Of a stretch of DNA of 63,151 bases, positions 12,446 to 25,715 are shown in pieces. Both the position numbers and the translations under genes were made by a program. How positions within the stretch are numbered: position 1 is the stretch's first letter; every line of letters begins with the position of its first letter. The DNA is from Octopus bimaculoides (lineage: Eukaryota): assembly GCF_001194135.2 (NCBI RefSeq), contig NC_068981.1:82508263-82571413 (forward strand). The letters run 5' to 3'. The notes under the pieces are model-generated. The model did not search any database and was not told where the DNA came from. It saw only the letters and a list, made by a program, of their open reading frames with translations.

Positions 12446-14764
12446 GTCAAAGCCGAATCCCATTCTAATATCAGAACTAAAACAGTGGACTGTGTCCACC
12501 ACGGAACTCACCTGTGTCTCATCTTTTCCATAGAGTTTTAAATAATACATGAAGAGGACGTGACTGATTGTTTGGGATTTTTCCTTTAGTTGGTATCCCA
12601 AGTTCATTTTCCTAAGTACCAAGGTAAGGGGTATCATACAGAGAACAAAAAGCAACGGAGAGAAGTTATCCTTCTGGAAAATCCCTCTTCTGATACCCAG
12701 GTTGCCCAAACCTTTTCCATAAGATGACATTTCAGTTTGTCACCCCAACCATACTTCTCTTCAGAAAGCACGTTATATTCCTTGCAATTCCAAATGTGAA
12801 ATCACATCATAAACTTTGCAACAGTCAATCCAGGTAATTCCCAAATTTGTTCTTCCTCGTTTACAATCTTGCTTTACCATTTTGTCTACAATCTTGCATT
12901 ACCATTTTTATACTTCTACATCTCCTACAGTTTGTTTGTTCCGTCGGTAATATGCCATTTGCATCAAAGAATTTGTACAGTTCGGCAATTCCTCCTGGCA
13001 GTAACTTCCACATTAACAAGAGTCAAGAAATTGGTCTGTAATTGCCAGCAGCATTTCCCTTTGATGCATCCTGCAGACAACAACATCGTTCGTCCTTTTG
13101 TCAACCAGCCCGGAATTTCTTCTCCATTGATCAATGCATTAAATTGCTTTGCAATTAATTTATGGCAACTACTGAACTTATTTTTATCCAAAATCCCTTC
13201 ACACCATCAGGTCCTGCTGGTTTCCAATTGCTTATCTTTTTACCCATTTTTCTGATACCGTCTTTTGTGAAGTGGGTAACCTCTTGCTGGGGATAAGAAG
13301 CTGTTTCCTTCAAGCTGTAGAGCCATTCAGCTGTAGAATTATGTTGTTCTCGCTTACTCCATATCTTACCTCAGAAAAGTCGACTTTCATCAACATCAGG
13401 AACTAATCTTTCACGTTTTTTATCATCATTAATCTCTTGATAATATATTTTTGGTCAGAAGGCGGCGAGCTGGCAAAAACGTTAGCACACCGGGCGAAAC
13501 GCTTAGCGGTATTTCGTCTGTCTTTACGCTCTGAGTTCAAATTCCGCCGAGGTCGACTTTGCCTCTCATCCTTTCAGGGTCGATAAATTAAGTACTAGTT
13601 GCGTACTAGGGTCGATCAAATCGACTGGCTCCCTGCCCCTAAATTTCGGGCCTTGTGCTTAGAGTAGAAAAGGATATCTTTTTGGTTAGTTCAAGACAGT
13701 TTGTTTTGCCGGTATTGATTAATCTGTTGTTCAAAGCTAATTAACTTTGCTTATTTTGCAAATATGCATTGCTTCAGTTCTTCAGTTACAACATTCAGGC
13801 TTTTTGTATCTACACCATACTTCTTAACTTTTTCGAAATTTCACTCAATCTTGAGTTCTCCATTTCTTTTCCTGTCAAGTATTAACACTACACTGTTCAA
13901 GGAGTTTATATCTTCTGAAATTTTCCTTTTCCACCAAGTTTGTTTATTTTCTCTTCTATCCGTCGCTGTTCTATCCTCAGTAGTTCTCAATCCCATTCTT
14001 TCTGCCACAATCCTACTAACAGCTTTGATATAATTATTTGTTCGTGTGATGTTCTTTGTGTCAATATGTCTCAAAACATTACTGACTTTACTCATCTCTT
14101 GATTCAGTCTACATTGGCTTGGCTTCTTGAAGTCGCATATAAATTCTATCTCTTCCGTATTTAATAGATCCTAAATCCTGTCTATTATTAACCGGCCTTC
14201 ATTGTTTAAGCAGTCACTGATCTCAATTCGTGCACAGTTCACGGTCGTATATTCTTGCGAACAATTGACCATCTCTTCCAGTATGCCACTTTCGTTTATC
14301 GTATGCCCAGCATTACCCGATATCCTTCTTTTAATAGCTTCTGGCTCCAATTCTGTTATCCATCCATTTTTTCGCATTGCTCTTGCTTGGTCACATAACC
14401 TTTCTTCAGTAATTTCAAACAGATCCATTGCCTTCCGTTCACTGTGCATTTGTTTTCTGTACCCTCTGACAGGCACGCCATTCACATTGACTGGGGTACT
14501 CCGGTAGTAACAGCCCATAACCATCATCTTTACTTGTTTATTCCATCTATGTCTTGTAGCATGGCTAGTAGTGGCTGGATTACGACCGGGCCCACCCTGC
14601 TGCACATTGGGACACCTGCTAGGTATGGAACCTCTACCATTAGTTCCAGTCCCTTTCAATCCGTTTTCGTTATCTCTTTTGATTGGCATTTTCACTCACA
14701 AATGAGGTGCGCTTTTAGGTTACTACCAAACGGTGTTTTTATCCAGACATCCTCTCTATCAAGG
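12446..14764 (-). mobile_element. R4/Dong-clade non-LTR retrotransposon, 5' half, degenerate
   Basis: N-terminal VMGCYYRS-P...GYRKQM...TEERLCDQAR...KNGW; WWKRKI; PGWLTKGRT; RT motifs RRGIFQKDNFSPLLFVLCMIPLT and SHVLFMYYLKLY (decayed FMDD), DIRMGFG. Frameshifts and stops; split by a SINE B insertion; short 5' UTR abuts (AAT)n. Confidence 0.92.
13459..13678 (+). mobile_element. tRNA-derived SINE, family B, inserted in the Dong LINE
   Basis: GGCGGCGAGCTGGCAAAA head, GAGTTCAAATTCC B box, GACTTTGCCTCTCATCCTTTCAGGGTCGATAAATTAAGTAC core; probable target-site duplication TTTTTGGTCAG (13448-13458) / TTTTTGGTTAG (13679-13689). Confidence 0.92.
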
Positions 14765-14776
14765 TATTATTATTAC

Positions 14777-14828
<52 letters not shown>

Positions 14829-14838
14829 NNNNNNNNNN

Positions 14839-14879
<41 letters not shown>

Positions 14880-14899
14880 CATTATTATTATTATTATTG
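14765..14899. repeat. (TAT)n array at the 5' junction of the Dong LINE
   Basis: Directly visible; contains a 10-nt N gap. Confidence 0.95.
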
Positions 14900-15353
14900 C
14901 ACGGAACTAAATACCGTGCTATATTCCTTCGGTTCTGTTCTTCTAAGTTCACATTGCACCTACGTTAATTTTGTTTTTCCTCTAACCATGGTTGAGAAAA
15001 TAGGTCCCAATCAAGCACAGTGTTAAATGCAATTGACTTGCCTCTCCTCTGAAATTACTGGTTTTGTGCGGAAATTGGAAATAATAATGTTAATTACTAC
15101 TATTGTTGTTGCTGTCGTTGTCGCCATTGCATTTTCTTCATATTATACTCGGTGGGATAAGAGATGCTTTGCACTATTCGTTCAGTTTCCTTACATTCTC
15201 ATTTCAAATTCAGCCACTGTCAACTCTGCTTTTTATCATTCCAGGATAAAAAATGTAAAGTACTAGTCAGGTTGTGTGGTCCATTTTATCAGCCAACAAC
15301 TCACCCAAAGTTTCAGATCTTGTACCTATGTTAAAAACAATTATGAATTTCAC

Positions 15354-15386
<33 letters not shown>

Positions 15387-18000
15387 GTGTGTATGTGTGC
15401 GTGTGTGTATGTGTGCGTGCGTGCGAGCGTGTGTGTATGTGTGTGTGCGTGTGTATGTTTGTATATATGTATTGAGTACTTCCTACTTCCTAGCTTATCT
15501 TTATACATACATTGATGCATAGAAACATAAATTAAAATGTCGGTGGAAGAATATTTTCTCTTGAGATTTGTTATACTTAAACTACAATGCAATAGAAAAT
15601 CAGTTAATTAAAACCATTGCTAATTATAATTGTGTTGTATTAAGAGGAGTTACATAATATACGTTTAGGTCTTATATATGTTTTAACAATTATATTTCGA
15701 GATATGTTAAGTGTAACTTGGTGAAACAAGTATATTAATGTTCGTAATAAGTAATATTACCAGTAGGTGGGAGGCGGGTAACTAAGTATTGCATGCTCGT
15801 TTGGATAATAAGTTGAGAGGAAATGCACTGATAATAGTTTGGTTGATACTCAACTGAATAACATAACTCTCACCTGTGTTGCAGACTCCACATTTGGACA
15901 AAGGTTAGAATGGTGATTAGAGCATATAAAGGATCTAAATATCTGATATTTCGTCCATCAACTTGACAACAACAGTCGCTGCAATATATTTTATTTTCAT
16001 CTTTCATACATACGACTTGTTACAAAAGTGATACAAAATAATATGACGATGAATAAAAAATCATATAAAAACTAAGCGAGATGTAGAGATGTTGCACAAC
16101 GTATTGAAACAGGTTAAGCAACCTAAATAAACAATAAATAATTTCACAAGATAATGATAAGAAAATAAAACAAAGTAGTTAATAAGTTGCTGTTCGTAAC
16201 CAACATAGTTAATCAATCACCCTAAAATGTATCTGCATTTTTTAGGCTAGATCTTCAATTTAAAGTTGAACTGGATTAATTCAATACTTGGAGTTAAAAT
16301 AAATTGTGAAACTTTTATGAAAACACATTTATGAGAAATATTTTTGCAGTTATTTTCTATTATTAGTTGTTGCGTTTATCAACTCTAACCGAGCGAAACT
16401 ATCGTAGCATATACACAATCCTTTTAACTATAAACAGCCATCCACTCATCCGTTTTTCCTTTGAGGGAAGACTACACGGCATTTTCCAATGTAATGAGAA
16501 GCAGTGGTTAAGTCTCGACTTATAGATGTTGCTAGTGCTGATAAAGTTTGTTTATATTTTACTAAAATATTGTGAATGACATAAGGAACATCATCATCTT
16601 TGGATACGAACTCTGTTTGTGTTATGGCCGCCTTCACTGCCATACTCATGGCCCAATGAATAATAAGCAATGTATTATAAGTGAATTGTGATGTCAAGGC
16701 TAAGTCTTGAAGTTTTATGTGTTCAATTAACATTAATTTAGTAAGGTTAGCTCATCAAGAGCACGTGACGTGTTTGAAGAAAAACAAAGGTGGCGGTATT
16801 ATTGCAAGTGGAAGGTATTCTACCTCATTTGTGCAAGTACTGTCCTTAGGAATAGCATTATGTTACAAATTCTCTTGGCCCACTTAACTAAACAAAACTG
16901 CTTCTTTATAAAGTCAAAATAAGTTAATATCTACCAGTTACATTTCTCTACATGTTCACAAACGAAATTACTGTTTTTTCAATTCGTTTGTCATGTAGCA
17001 TTAAAACACAAATCATAAAATAAAATAAATATAATCTAAATTAAACTCAATGATATTTGTACTCACACTGCAATATTATTACTTGATCTTTCCTAGAGCC
17101 AAGAGTCATAAAAAATATTTGATGGACAAATCAGACATACGCGTGTTGCAACACAAATCTCTATCCTAGCTAATACCAGTATTTTATAATTAAGAAAGCT
17201 TAAATACCAGACACCACTACTTAAGAGAAATACTTTATATAAAAAAAAACCATTAAAAAAACATGTCTTAGCCGCGTCGGATTTCTTAACGACAAAACAC
17301 TACCACCATCATCACCATCTTTAGTAAAACTACCCACACCACCATCGAGTAAATAAATGAAGCAACAGTCATCCTATGTTCAAAAAGTAACAGCCAGAAT
17401 TTCATTAAGTCATTGTCTTAAGTAAAGAAGAGTTGTGTTGTAAAATGTGTTCTCTACACATTTCTAAATGGGTCGGCACATTCTTCATTGTAGTTCTATT
17501 TAAAGAGTGACCTCGGTCTAAAAACAACAGTATGAGCACCATTATAAAATCTACAACAACCCCAATAGCTTATCAGCGTTTATTATTCGAATACCTTGCT
17601 TGCTAAAATTACTTTAGCAGAATATGTCTACTTTTTCTTCAGGATTCCTACCTTCCCCTCCTTTTCCCCAAAACTATGAATATTTCTTACAATTTTGTTT
17701 TAATTTTGTTATATTAATTTGGTGTCGAACCAAATGAAATAATTGAAACACTATTTCGAATTAATGTCTTTTTAATGTACCTTATAATATTAATGCTGAA
17801 AATATCAAATCTGTCATAAAGCTACACACAAACTCAATCATTCACCCGAGCTTAAGCAACCGAGTAATCGCTAAGATGCTAAGATGGATGCCCGGTTAAG
17901 AACATCCAACTTTTAGCCTGAAATACAAACTCTTATGATGAGAAAATCTCGTCTGAGAGGGACAGCGTATGAGGTAGGAAAGATATATATAAGGATAAGT

Positions 18001-18086
<86 letters not shown>

Positions 18087-18983
18087 GGGAGATAGAGATA
18101 GAGATAGAGAGAAAGAGCGAGAGAGAGAGTAAGTGAGGAAACAGTGTAGGGTGTGTAAAATATGAATTTCTGATTTGGATGAAAATATATTGATTCAAAC
18201 GAACCTCATTACATGACTGGTACTTTGTGTCTGTTGGAGCGATANNNNNNNNNNNNNNNNNNNNNNNNNNNNNNNNNNNNNNNNNNNNNNNNNNNNNNNN
18301 NNNNNNNNNNNNNNNNNNNNNNNNNNNNNNNNNNNNNNNNNNNNNNNNNNNNNNNNNNNNNNNNNNNNNNNNNNNNNNNNNNNNNNNNNNNNNNNNNNNN
18401 NNNNNNNNNNNNNNNNNNNNNNNNNNNNNNNNNNNNNNNNNNNNNNNNNNNNNNNNNNNNNNNNNNNNNNNNNNNNNNNNNNNNNNNNNNNNNNNNNNNN
18501 NNNNNNNNNNNNNNNNNNNNNNNNNNNNNNNNNNNNNNNNNNNNNNNNNNNNNNNNNNNNNNNNNNNNNNNNNNNNNNNNNNNNNNNNNNNNNNNNNNNN
18601 NNNNNNNNNNNNNNNNNNNNNNNNNNNNNNNNNNNNNNNNNNNNNNNNNNNNNNNNNNNNNNNNNNNNNNNNNNNNNNNNNNNNNNNNNNNNNNNNNNNN
18701 NNNNNNNNNNNNNNNNNNNNNNNNNNNNNNNNNNNNNNNNNNNNNNNNNNNNNNNNNNNNNNNNNNNNNNNNNNNNNNNNNNNNNNNNNNNNNNNNNNNN
18801 NNNNNNNNNNNNNNNNNNNNNNNNNNNNNNNNNNNNNNNNNNNNNNNNNNNNNNNNNNNNNNNNNNNNNNNNNNNNNNNNNNNNNNNNNNNNNNNNNNNN
18901 NNNNNNNNNNNNNNNNNNNNNNNNNNNNNNNNNNNNNNNNNNNNNNNNNNNNNNNNNNNNNNNNNNNNNNNNNNNNNNNNNNN

Positions 18984-19020
<37 letters not shown>

Positions 19021-19025
19021 ATGTG

Positions 19026-19132
19026 CTTCTTTCAGTTTCCAACTACTATATCCACTCACAAGGCTTTGTCGGCCCGATGTTATAGTAGAAGAGACTTGCC
19101 CAAGGTGTTACGTAGCGGGACTGAAACCTCTG
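19026..19132 (-). mobile_element. SINE family A fragment
   Basis: CTTCTTTCAGTTTCC...CACAAGGCTTTGTCGGCCCG...TATAGTAGAAGAGACTTGCCCAAGGTG is the reverse complement of the family A core. Confidence 0.85.
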
Positions 19133-19337
19133 TAAAAGCTGCAATGTAAATAAGTGGCATTGGCTTGGTATCGATAGTAATTTTTTCGCTAGTATAGATT
19201 CTATTATTTTCATAAACCCACCCCCACTTAATATTTAGATGCGCGTGTATTTATTTGCACCGTACATATGAGTTTTCTTGCTGAGTTTTATTTTCTACAC
19301 TCATTTCAATACATTTGCTACTTGCCTAATTTCTTAA

Positions 19338-19395
<58 letters not shown>

Positions 19396-19426
19396 TTATC
19401 TATCTGTCTGTCTAGCTATCTATCTA

Positions 19427-19459
<33 letters not shown>

Positions 19460-19532
19460 GCCTTTCTGTCTGTCTGTCTCTGCCTTTCTGTCTGTCTGTC
19501 TGTCTATCTCTGCTTTTCTGTCTGTCTCGCTC

Positions 19533-19598
<66 letters not shown>

Positions 19599-20660
19599 CA
19601 TGTAAATATATATGATATGTGTTTGTGTGTGATCCGTGTGTATGTGTGACTATCAGTTACACGTATTGCTTTGTGTCTATCTAAAAACTGTTAACTAGTT
19701 ATTCCTACCGACGGTTAATAAACTGGAACAGCTTGGTACTGAACTAAATACTTTAGAGAAGTGTTTTCTTTTAAAATCTAGTTTTCTTATCGAGCGACCA
19801 TACCAGTATTATTACAGAAAATGCAACCTGGTTTCAGTAGCTTTTCAAGAAAGTTAGCCGACTATTTATATAAAAGACATCATTTACCTGTCTTTTCGTT
19901 GCTATTGTGATGTACTCCATCAACGACGCGTTCTATTCGGCTTTGCATGTTTCACTTACGGTGGTCTTGTAGCCAAAACAAACCTATTGGTAATCTACAG
20001 ACGTTCTCTTTCTTCTATGCAAAAACTAAATCAAGCAACAACGTCAGCAACTACGACATGAATAACATAATGAACAGAAGCAACAAAAAGGAACATGTCT
20101 TACATTATTCACCACAAACACACACACAAACACACGCCAAGATAAAAAAGAAAACAACTAAAACAAAAAACGAAAACAAAAGCTATATAAAAATAGCCAC
20201 AACAATTGGAACAGACATATTTCAGTTGCAACTCTATGTATGTGTTAGTGTGGAGCTGCAGATATTTGATCTATCAATTGCCAGATACAGAGATCTCCCT
20301 GGTGTTTCAATAATAACATTTTGAGAAGCAGCGTCCATTTCATTATCTCGTCGACAGGTCATAAATCACGGGCAATTTGCTTCGACTAAGGACGCAGTTG
20401 CCCGAGTTTTTCTCTCTCAATAAATAAATTGATAATTAAATCACCCGTTCCTGCTAATATCTAATTGATTAATACCATGCTGTTTCTTCTTCTCTGAACG
20501 TCGCCGTCCACATACAAACACAGAGACATATNNNNNNNNNNNNNNNNNNNNNNNNNNNNNNNNNNNNNNNNNNNNNNNNNNNNNNNNNNNNNNNNNNNNN
20601 NNNNNNNNNNNNNNNNNNNNNNNNNNNNNNNNNNNNNNNNNNNNNNNNNNNNNNNNNNNN

Positions 20661-20742
<82 letters not shown>

Positions 20743-21634
20743 CAGAGACAGCGAAAGAAGAGAAAGTGGGAGAAAGAGCAAACAGCTAATGTCAACCGGC
20801 CAAAGACATCTTAAATCGGTACTAATGTTTTCGTGCAAATGGTGTGCGATGATGCTTATTTTCAAGCGGTCGTAAAGGAAGAAAACAATGAGGAAGGAAG
20901 GATGTTAGAAATAGAAAGAATGGAGGTGGAGAGCAGAGAGAAATAGGAGAGATATAAAGAAAACGAAGAAGAATAGGAGAAGAAGCAGAACGGAAATTCA
21001 GAGGTGCAGTGTTAATTATCAAATATTATAAGTCAGCCATACTTCTATGACTGTTCGGTAGTTCCATAAAATGAAATGAATGTGTTTCTGGAATAGCGGT
21101 AAGTAGAGGGGGACTGGTGGAAATGACAATAGATTTGTATTGGCTACAATGACCTCCCAAAATGAGCAACTCTATAAATACATCGACATAAAGGCTCATG
21201 GGAATGCGGCAACAGTGATGGTGACGACAGCAGTGGTGAAAGTGGTTTGATGGAGGTTAATTTTCTTCCCGTTGTGACGGTAAAATTAGAATCATGATTG
21301 CTAAGTGTGAAATATCATCTGTTTTCTAATATTTTGTTCGCCTGTCGAGGCACTTTTAATGAAGTGCATAGTTTAATGAAGTCTTTCTAGTACGGTGTAC
21401 ATTTTTTTCGGCATATCATTTCATTGTCATCAACTGGATTTCATCAAAAAAATGGAAACCATAAAACTATTCAGGTTTCCCCACGTACTTTTTATGTCAT
21501 ATCTAAATAATTTGAGCAGTGTATGAAATAAGTTACACCTGAATATAAACACTTTTATCTAACTATCTAGCTCACTTCTCTCTCACTCTCTGTCTCTGTC
21601 TGTCTGTCTGTCTGTCTGTATGTCTCTCTCCCTG

Positions 21635-21670
<36 letters not shown>

Positions 21671-21689
21671 CTGTCATTCCATCGCACTG

Positions 21690-21996
21690 TTATTCCATCG
21701 CTTACGGCAACAAGGGTCCCAGTTGAACCGATCAACGGAACAGCTTGCTCGGTAGCTTAACAGATACCACAGACACAGTACCCCTTCACATACTTCTCAG
21801 AGATATTCAGTGTGACACAGAGTGTGACAAGGTTGAACCCTTGAAATACAGGCACTACTCATTTATGCCAGCTGAGTGAACTAGAGCACCGTGAAATAAA
21901 GTGTCTTGCTCAAAGACACAGTGCGCCGCCGGGAATGGAACTCGCGACCCTACGATCGCGAGACGAATACCTTAACTACTAAACCACGTGCCTTCA
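21690..21996 (-). mobile_element. tRNA-derived SINE with family C head and core but a different tail
   Basis: Reverse complement GAAGGCACGTGGTTTAGTAGTTAAG...GAGTTCCATTCCC...TGTGTCTTTGAGCAAGACACTTTATTTCAC...AAATGAGT, then a tail unrelated to 3074-3255. Confidence 0.85.
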
Positions 21997-22002
21997 CATT
22001 AA

Positions 22003-22004
<2 letters not shown>

Positions 22005-22075
<71 letters not shown>

Positions 22076-22096
22076 TATTATCATTATTATTATTAT
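22005..22096. repeat. (ATT)n microsatellite
   Basis: Directly visible. Confidence 0.97.
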
Positions 22097-22127
22097 TTAT
22101 ATATATATATAAATAAATATATATAAT

Positions 22128-22355
22128 TTCTTTATTGCGCACACGGGGTGCAAAACAGAGGGGACAAACAAGGACAGAGAAAGGGATTAAGTCGATTACA
22201 TCGACCACAGTGCACAACTGGTACTTATTTAATTGACCCCGAAAAGATGAAAGGCAAAGTCAACTTCGGCGGAATTTGAGGTCAGAACGTAACGGCAGAC
22301 GAAATGCTGCTAAGCATTTCGCCCGTCGCGCTAACGATTCTGCCCGCTCACTGCC
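22128..22355 (-). mobile_element. SINE family B
   Basis: Reverse complement of the family B head, B box and core (GATGAAAGGCAAAGTCAACTTCGGCGGAATTTGA...GCTAACGATTCTGCC). Confidence 0.9.
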
Positions 22356-22398
22356 CTATATCAACATATATATATATATATATATATATTAACATAAA

Positions 22399-22647
22399 CA
22401 GTAATCCCTCGCCATATTGCGGTTCACCTATCACGGTTTATTATTTAAGCTTACGGCGATACCTCCGTGGTGTTGTTTTGCATTTATAATATAATATAAA
22501 TTATAAAATTATAATTCATATTATAATATAATTCAAATTATAAAAACATTTTTTTAAACTACAGTCCAGTACTGTTTCTACTTCGCGGATTTCACCTATC
22601 ACGGGGTTTTTTGAAATGTAACACATGTGATAGCCGGGGGATTACTG
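22399..22647. mobile_element. Non-autonomous pogo/Tigger-type DNA transposon (MITE)
   Basis: Terminal inverted repeats CAGTAATCCC...GGGATTACTG, TA on the right flank, internal repeated GCGG(A)TT(T)CACCTATCACGG, AT-rich centre. Confidence 0.8.
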
Positions 22648-22744
22648 TATATATATATTAATCAATCACCCTCTATATACATATATATAGAGAGAGAGAA
22701 TGCGATGGTAAATTGCCATTGTATACTTTTTATGTCGCGCCTGC

Positions 22745-23510
22745 GCATTGTTTGTTTTTGATTTTTATCAGCTACACAGTATACTAGGGACGGTTGGGCA
22801 CCGTCTGTGAGAAAATCAGTACCATGACGCAATTTATTCTGCCAGAAATTTGGAATCGATATGCTGCAATGCTTGGCATTCGCCCCGGAAGCTCCAATAC
22901 AAGCATTTCAGAGTGTTTGTGTGTCAAACTGAGGTCAGTGCATGTACCGAGAGACTGATAAAAATCAAACATCCATTCAACATCATGGTGCTTGGAATGA
23001 TCCCTAGTGATGGTGACGTTATGCTTCCATTACTATTCCCACATAGCCTCAGCATCAACACGGAAGCCTACATCAAGTGCCTGCAGGAGGTAGTGCTGCC
23101 CTGGATCAAGTGAGTGGCTGCTGGAAGACCCTATGTTTGGTATCAGGACTCTGCACAATGCCACACAAGCAAGAGAACGCAGTCATGGCTGTTAGACAAT
23201 TTCTACTATTGATTTCTGCTTGATTATTATGTGTAGATTGCAGTTGAGTGCGAGACCAACAAAATTGATTGTAAAAACAAATATGAACTGAAGGCAAGGA
23301 TTATGAAAGCATTCACTAACATAGACAAGGAGGCCATCCAGAAGAGTTGCAGGAGACTAGGAAGTCGTGTGGAGGCCCTTGTAGAAGCCAATGACGATTT
23401 TATTGAATAAATTTGCTCTTTAGTATTTCAAGATATTTTTATGTAATTTTGATTAAATATATCTGTTAAAATAAGATGCGGTATTTCCATTTTTGCATAA
23501 TTTATACGAC
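22745..23510 (+). mobile_element. Tc1/mariner (maT/DD37D-like) transposon, internally deleted
   Basis: KHPFNIMVLGMIPSDGDVMLP, EAYIKCLQEVVLPWIK, GRPYVWYQDSAQCHTS; homologous to 30524-31930 but lacks most of the HTH and the FSD segment. Confidence 0.88.
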
Positions 23511-23619
23511 GATATATATACACAGCCCCATGTGTATATATATCTGCCTGCCTGTTTATCTGTCTGTGTGTCTGTCTGTGTGACAGCCTGTCTGTGTGAC
23601 AGCCTGTCTGTGTGACAGC

Positions 23620-23650
<31 letters not shown>

Positions 23651-23659
23651 TCTATCTAT

Positions 23660-23807
23660 TTATCTATCTATCTATGTTGAAAACTTGTTCAACCCATGAC
23701 ACTTCATGGACCCTAAGTAGTATATTTGTAAAATTCGAATGAAATCGGTTGGGTAGTTCTCGAGTTTTAATGATGCACTCTTACAAACAGACAGACATGC
23801 TCAGTTT

Positions 23808-23812
<5 letters not shown>
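23660..23812 (+). mobile_element. Possible non-autonomous Helitron-like 3' fragment
   Basis: GAAATCGGTTGGGTAGTTCTCGAGTT...CAAACAGACAGACATGCTCAGTTTTATA after (CTGT)n/(CTAT)n recalls Lep1/DINE-type elements; from memory only. Confidence 0.3.
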
Positions 23813-23858
<46 letters not shown>

Positions 23859-24079
23859 ACGCCCCACCCCCACACACTCACACAGACACACATATATATG
23901 GATATGTGTGTGTGCGTCTGTCTGTGTTTGAAACGACAATCCAAAGCGCTCACGCACGCAAGAAACTTCTTCCAGAATGGTTAGTGACGTTCTGATAAAC
24001 ACTCAAAAAATAATGTTTTAAAGAAATTTTTTTTATACTTGATAAAACTGTACCAAACAATTTTCAAAAAGGCATCTGA

Positions 24080-24130
<51 letters not shown>

Positions 24131-24237
24131 NNNNNNNNNNNNNNNNNNNNNNNNNNNNNNNNNNNNNNNNNNNNNNNNNNNNNNNNNNNNNNNNNNNNNN
24201 NNNNNNNNNNNNNNNNNNNNNNNNNNNNNNNNNNNNN

Positions 24238-24269
<32 letters not shown>

Positions 24270-24939
24270 TTTTTTTTCTCTATAGTTTCAGCTCAGAGCT
24301 GCGGCCATGCTGATGCGTGTTTTCGTGTGAGTCTGTAATGTAAAATTTGATTATTTTACAGGTGCTTCATAATGTGTACATTAAATGTTTGTTACTTTTA
24401 GAAATATATGCAGATTGTTATTTTTCCTCCAGATTAGAGGATCACAAAATATTATCGTATGATATATCGGTGTGTCACTTAAGATCTGAACCCGGAGCAT
24501 TGAATATATGATAGATCTTTCTTGAATGTCAGATGTCAATTTCGTGTTAAATTAATTACAGTAGAAAACACCAGTACTATTTAAATGTTCATACCATTTT
24601 ATCAGTAATAGATTCATTTATGTACGAGTAAATAAACTGTCTCTGTGTCTCTCAGGCAATCTTTTTTCAATGTATTACTTTCTATAGTCCTATCTCGTAA
24701 TTGCAGCACATATATTTCCATGATTCTCCTCTTGCTTTCTCTAGGGGCTTATAAAAATCATTTATACAAAAACATATGATACGATATTAAATTCCATTTT
24801 AATGAAAATGAACGATTAATATATGTAGCCAAAACTATAAGACAATCTAGCAAAACATACTAAAAAAACATACTAAAAAACAATAAGAAAACTTTCTATA
24901 TGATGACAATAAAAATAAATAATAACAATAACGAAAATT

Positions 24940-25014
24940 GATGATGGGTGTAATGATGACGGTGCTGATGATGATAATGGTGATGATAATAATAATAATA
25001 ATAATAATAATAGC

Positions 25015-25075
<61 letters not shown>

Positions 25076-25080
25076 ATAAT
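24940..25080. repeat. (GAT)n(AAT)n(AGT)n compound microsatellite at a Dong 5' junction
   Basis: Directly visible; ends TAATAAT immediately before LINE sequence. Confidence 0.95.
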
Positions 25081-25715
25081 GAAAAGTACGAAGAAGGCTG
25101 GCGTCATCAACACCGAAAATTGAACGAAAAATAAAAAATGAAAAAGCATGGAAGGAAAAGAAAATGTACGGTGCGTTTGCAAGAGATATGAACACCAAGA
25201 CAGATGCAGAGGATCGGTGGATATGGATGAGGAGAAATGACCTTTAGATAGAGACAGAAGCACTTATATGCGCAACTCAAGAACAAGCGTTAAGGACCAA
25301 TTATATGAAGTGCAGAATAGAGGACACTACCAATAGCGACAAATCCAGAATGTGTGGTGAGAGTGGTGAAACGGTATGGAACATCGTTAGCGAATGCCCA
25401 AAATGGCACAACGCAAATACAAAAGACGCCATGACAATGTGGCAAGAATGGTCCATTGGGAGCTCTGTGGAAATCACAGCCTACAAAGAGCAAAGACGTG
25501 GTATGAACAAACACCAGAAGGGGTCACCGAAAATGAGAACTACACAATCTGTGGGATGGAATGATCCAGTACGATAGCCTGACCAGACACAGGAAGCCGG
25601 ACAGTGTTGTGGTGAATAAATAAGAAAGAACATGCATGATAATCGACATACCATGCCTCAGTGACAATAGGATCAATGTGAAAGAAGAAAAAAATAGACA
25701 ATTATGACGATTATA
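25081..25715 (+). mobile_element. R4/Dong-clade LINE C-terminal fragment (CCHC finger and restriction-like endonuclease)
   Basis: WKEKKMYGAFAR...ETEALICATQEQALRTNY...RMCGESGETVWNIVSECP, RHDNVARMVHWELC, RKPD...IIDI; frameshifted. Confidence 0.92.

Noticed and set aside
23572-23619. 16-bp unit x3 containing TGACAG (TALE site) that might look like a CRISPR or binding-site array
   Set aside because: No spacers; it is a slippage variant of the adjacent (CTGT)n microsatellite. No CRISPR or prokaryotic system is seen anywhere in the window.
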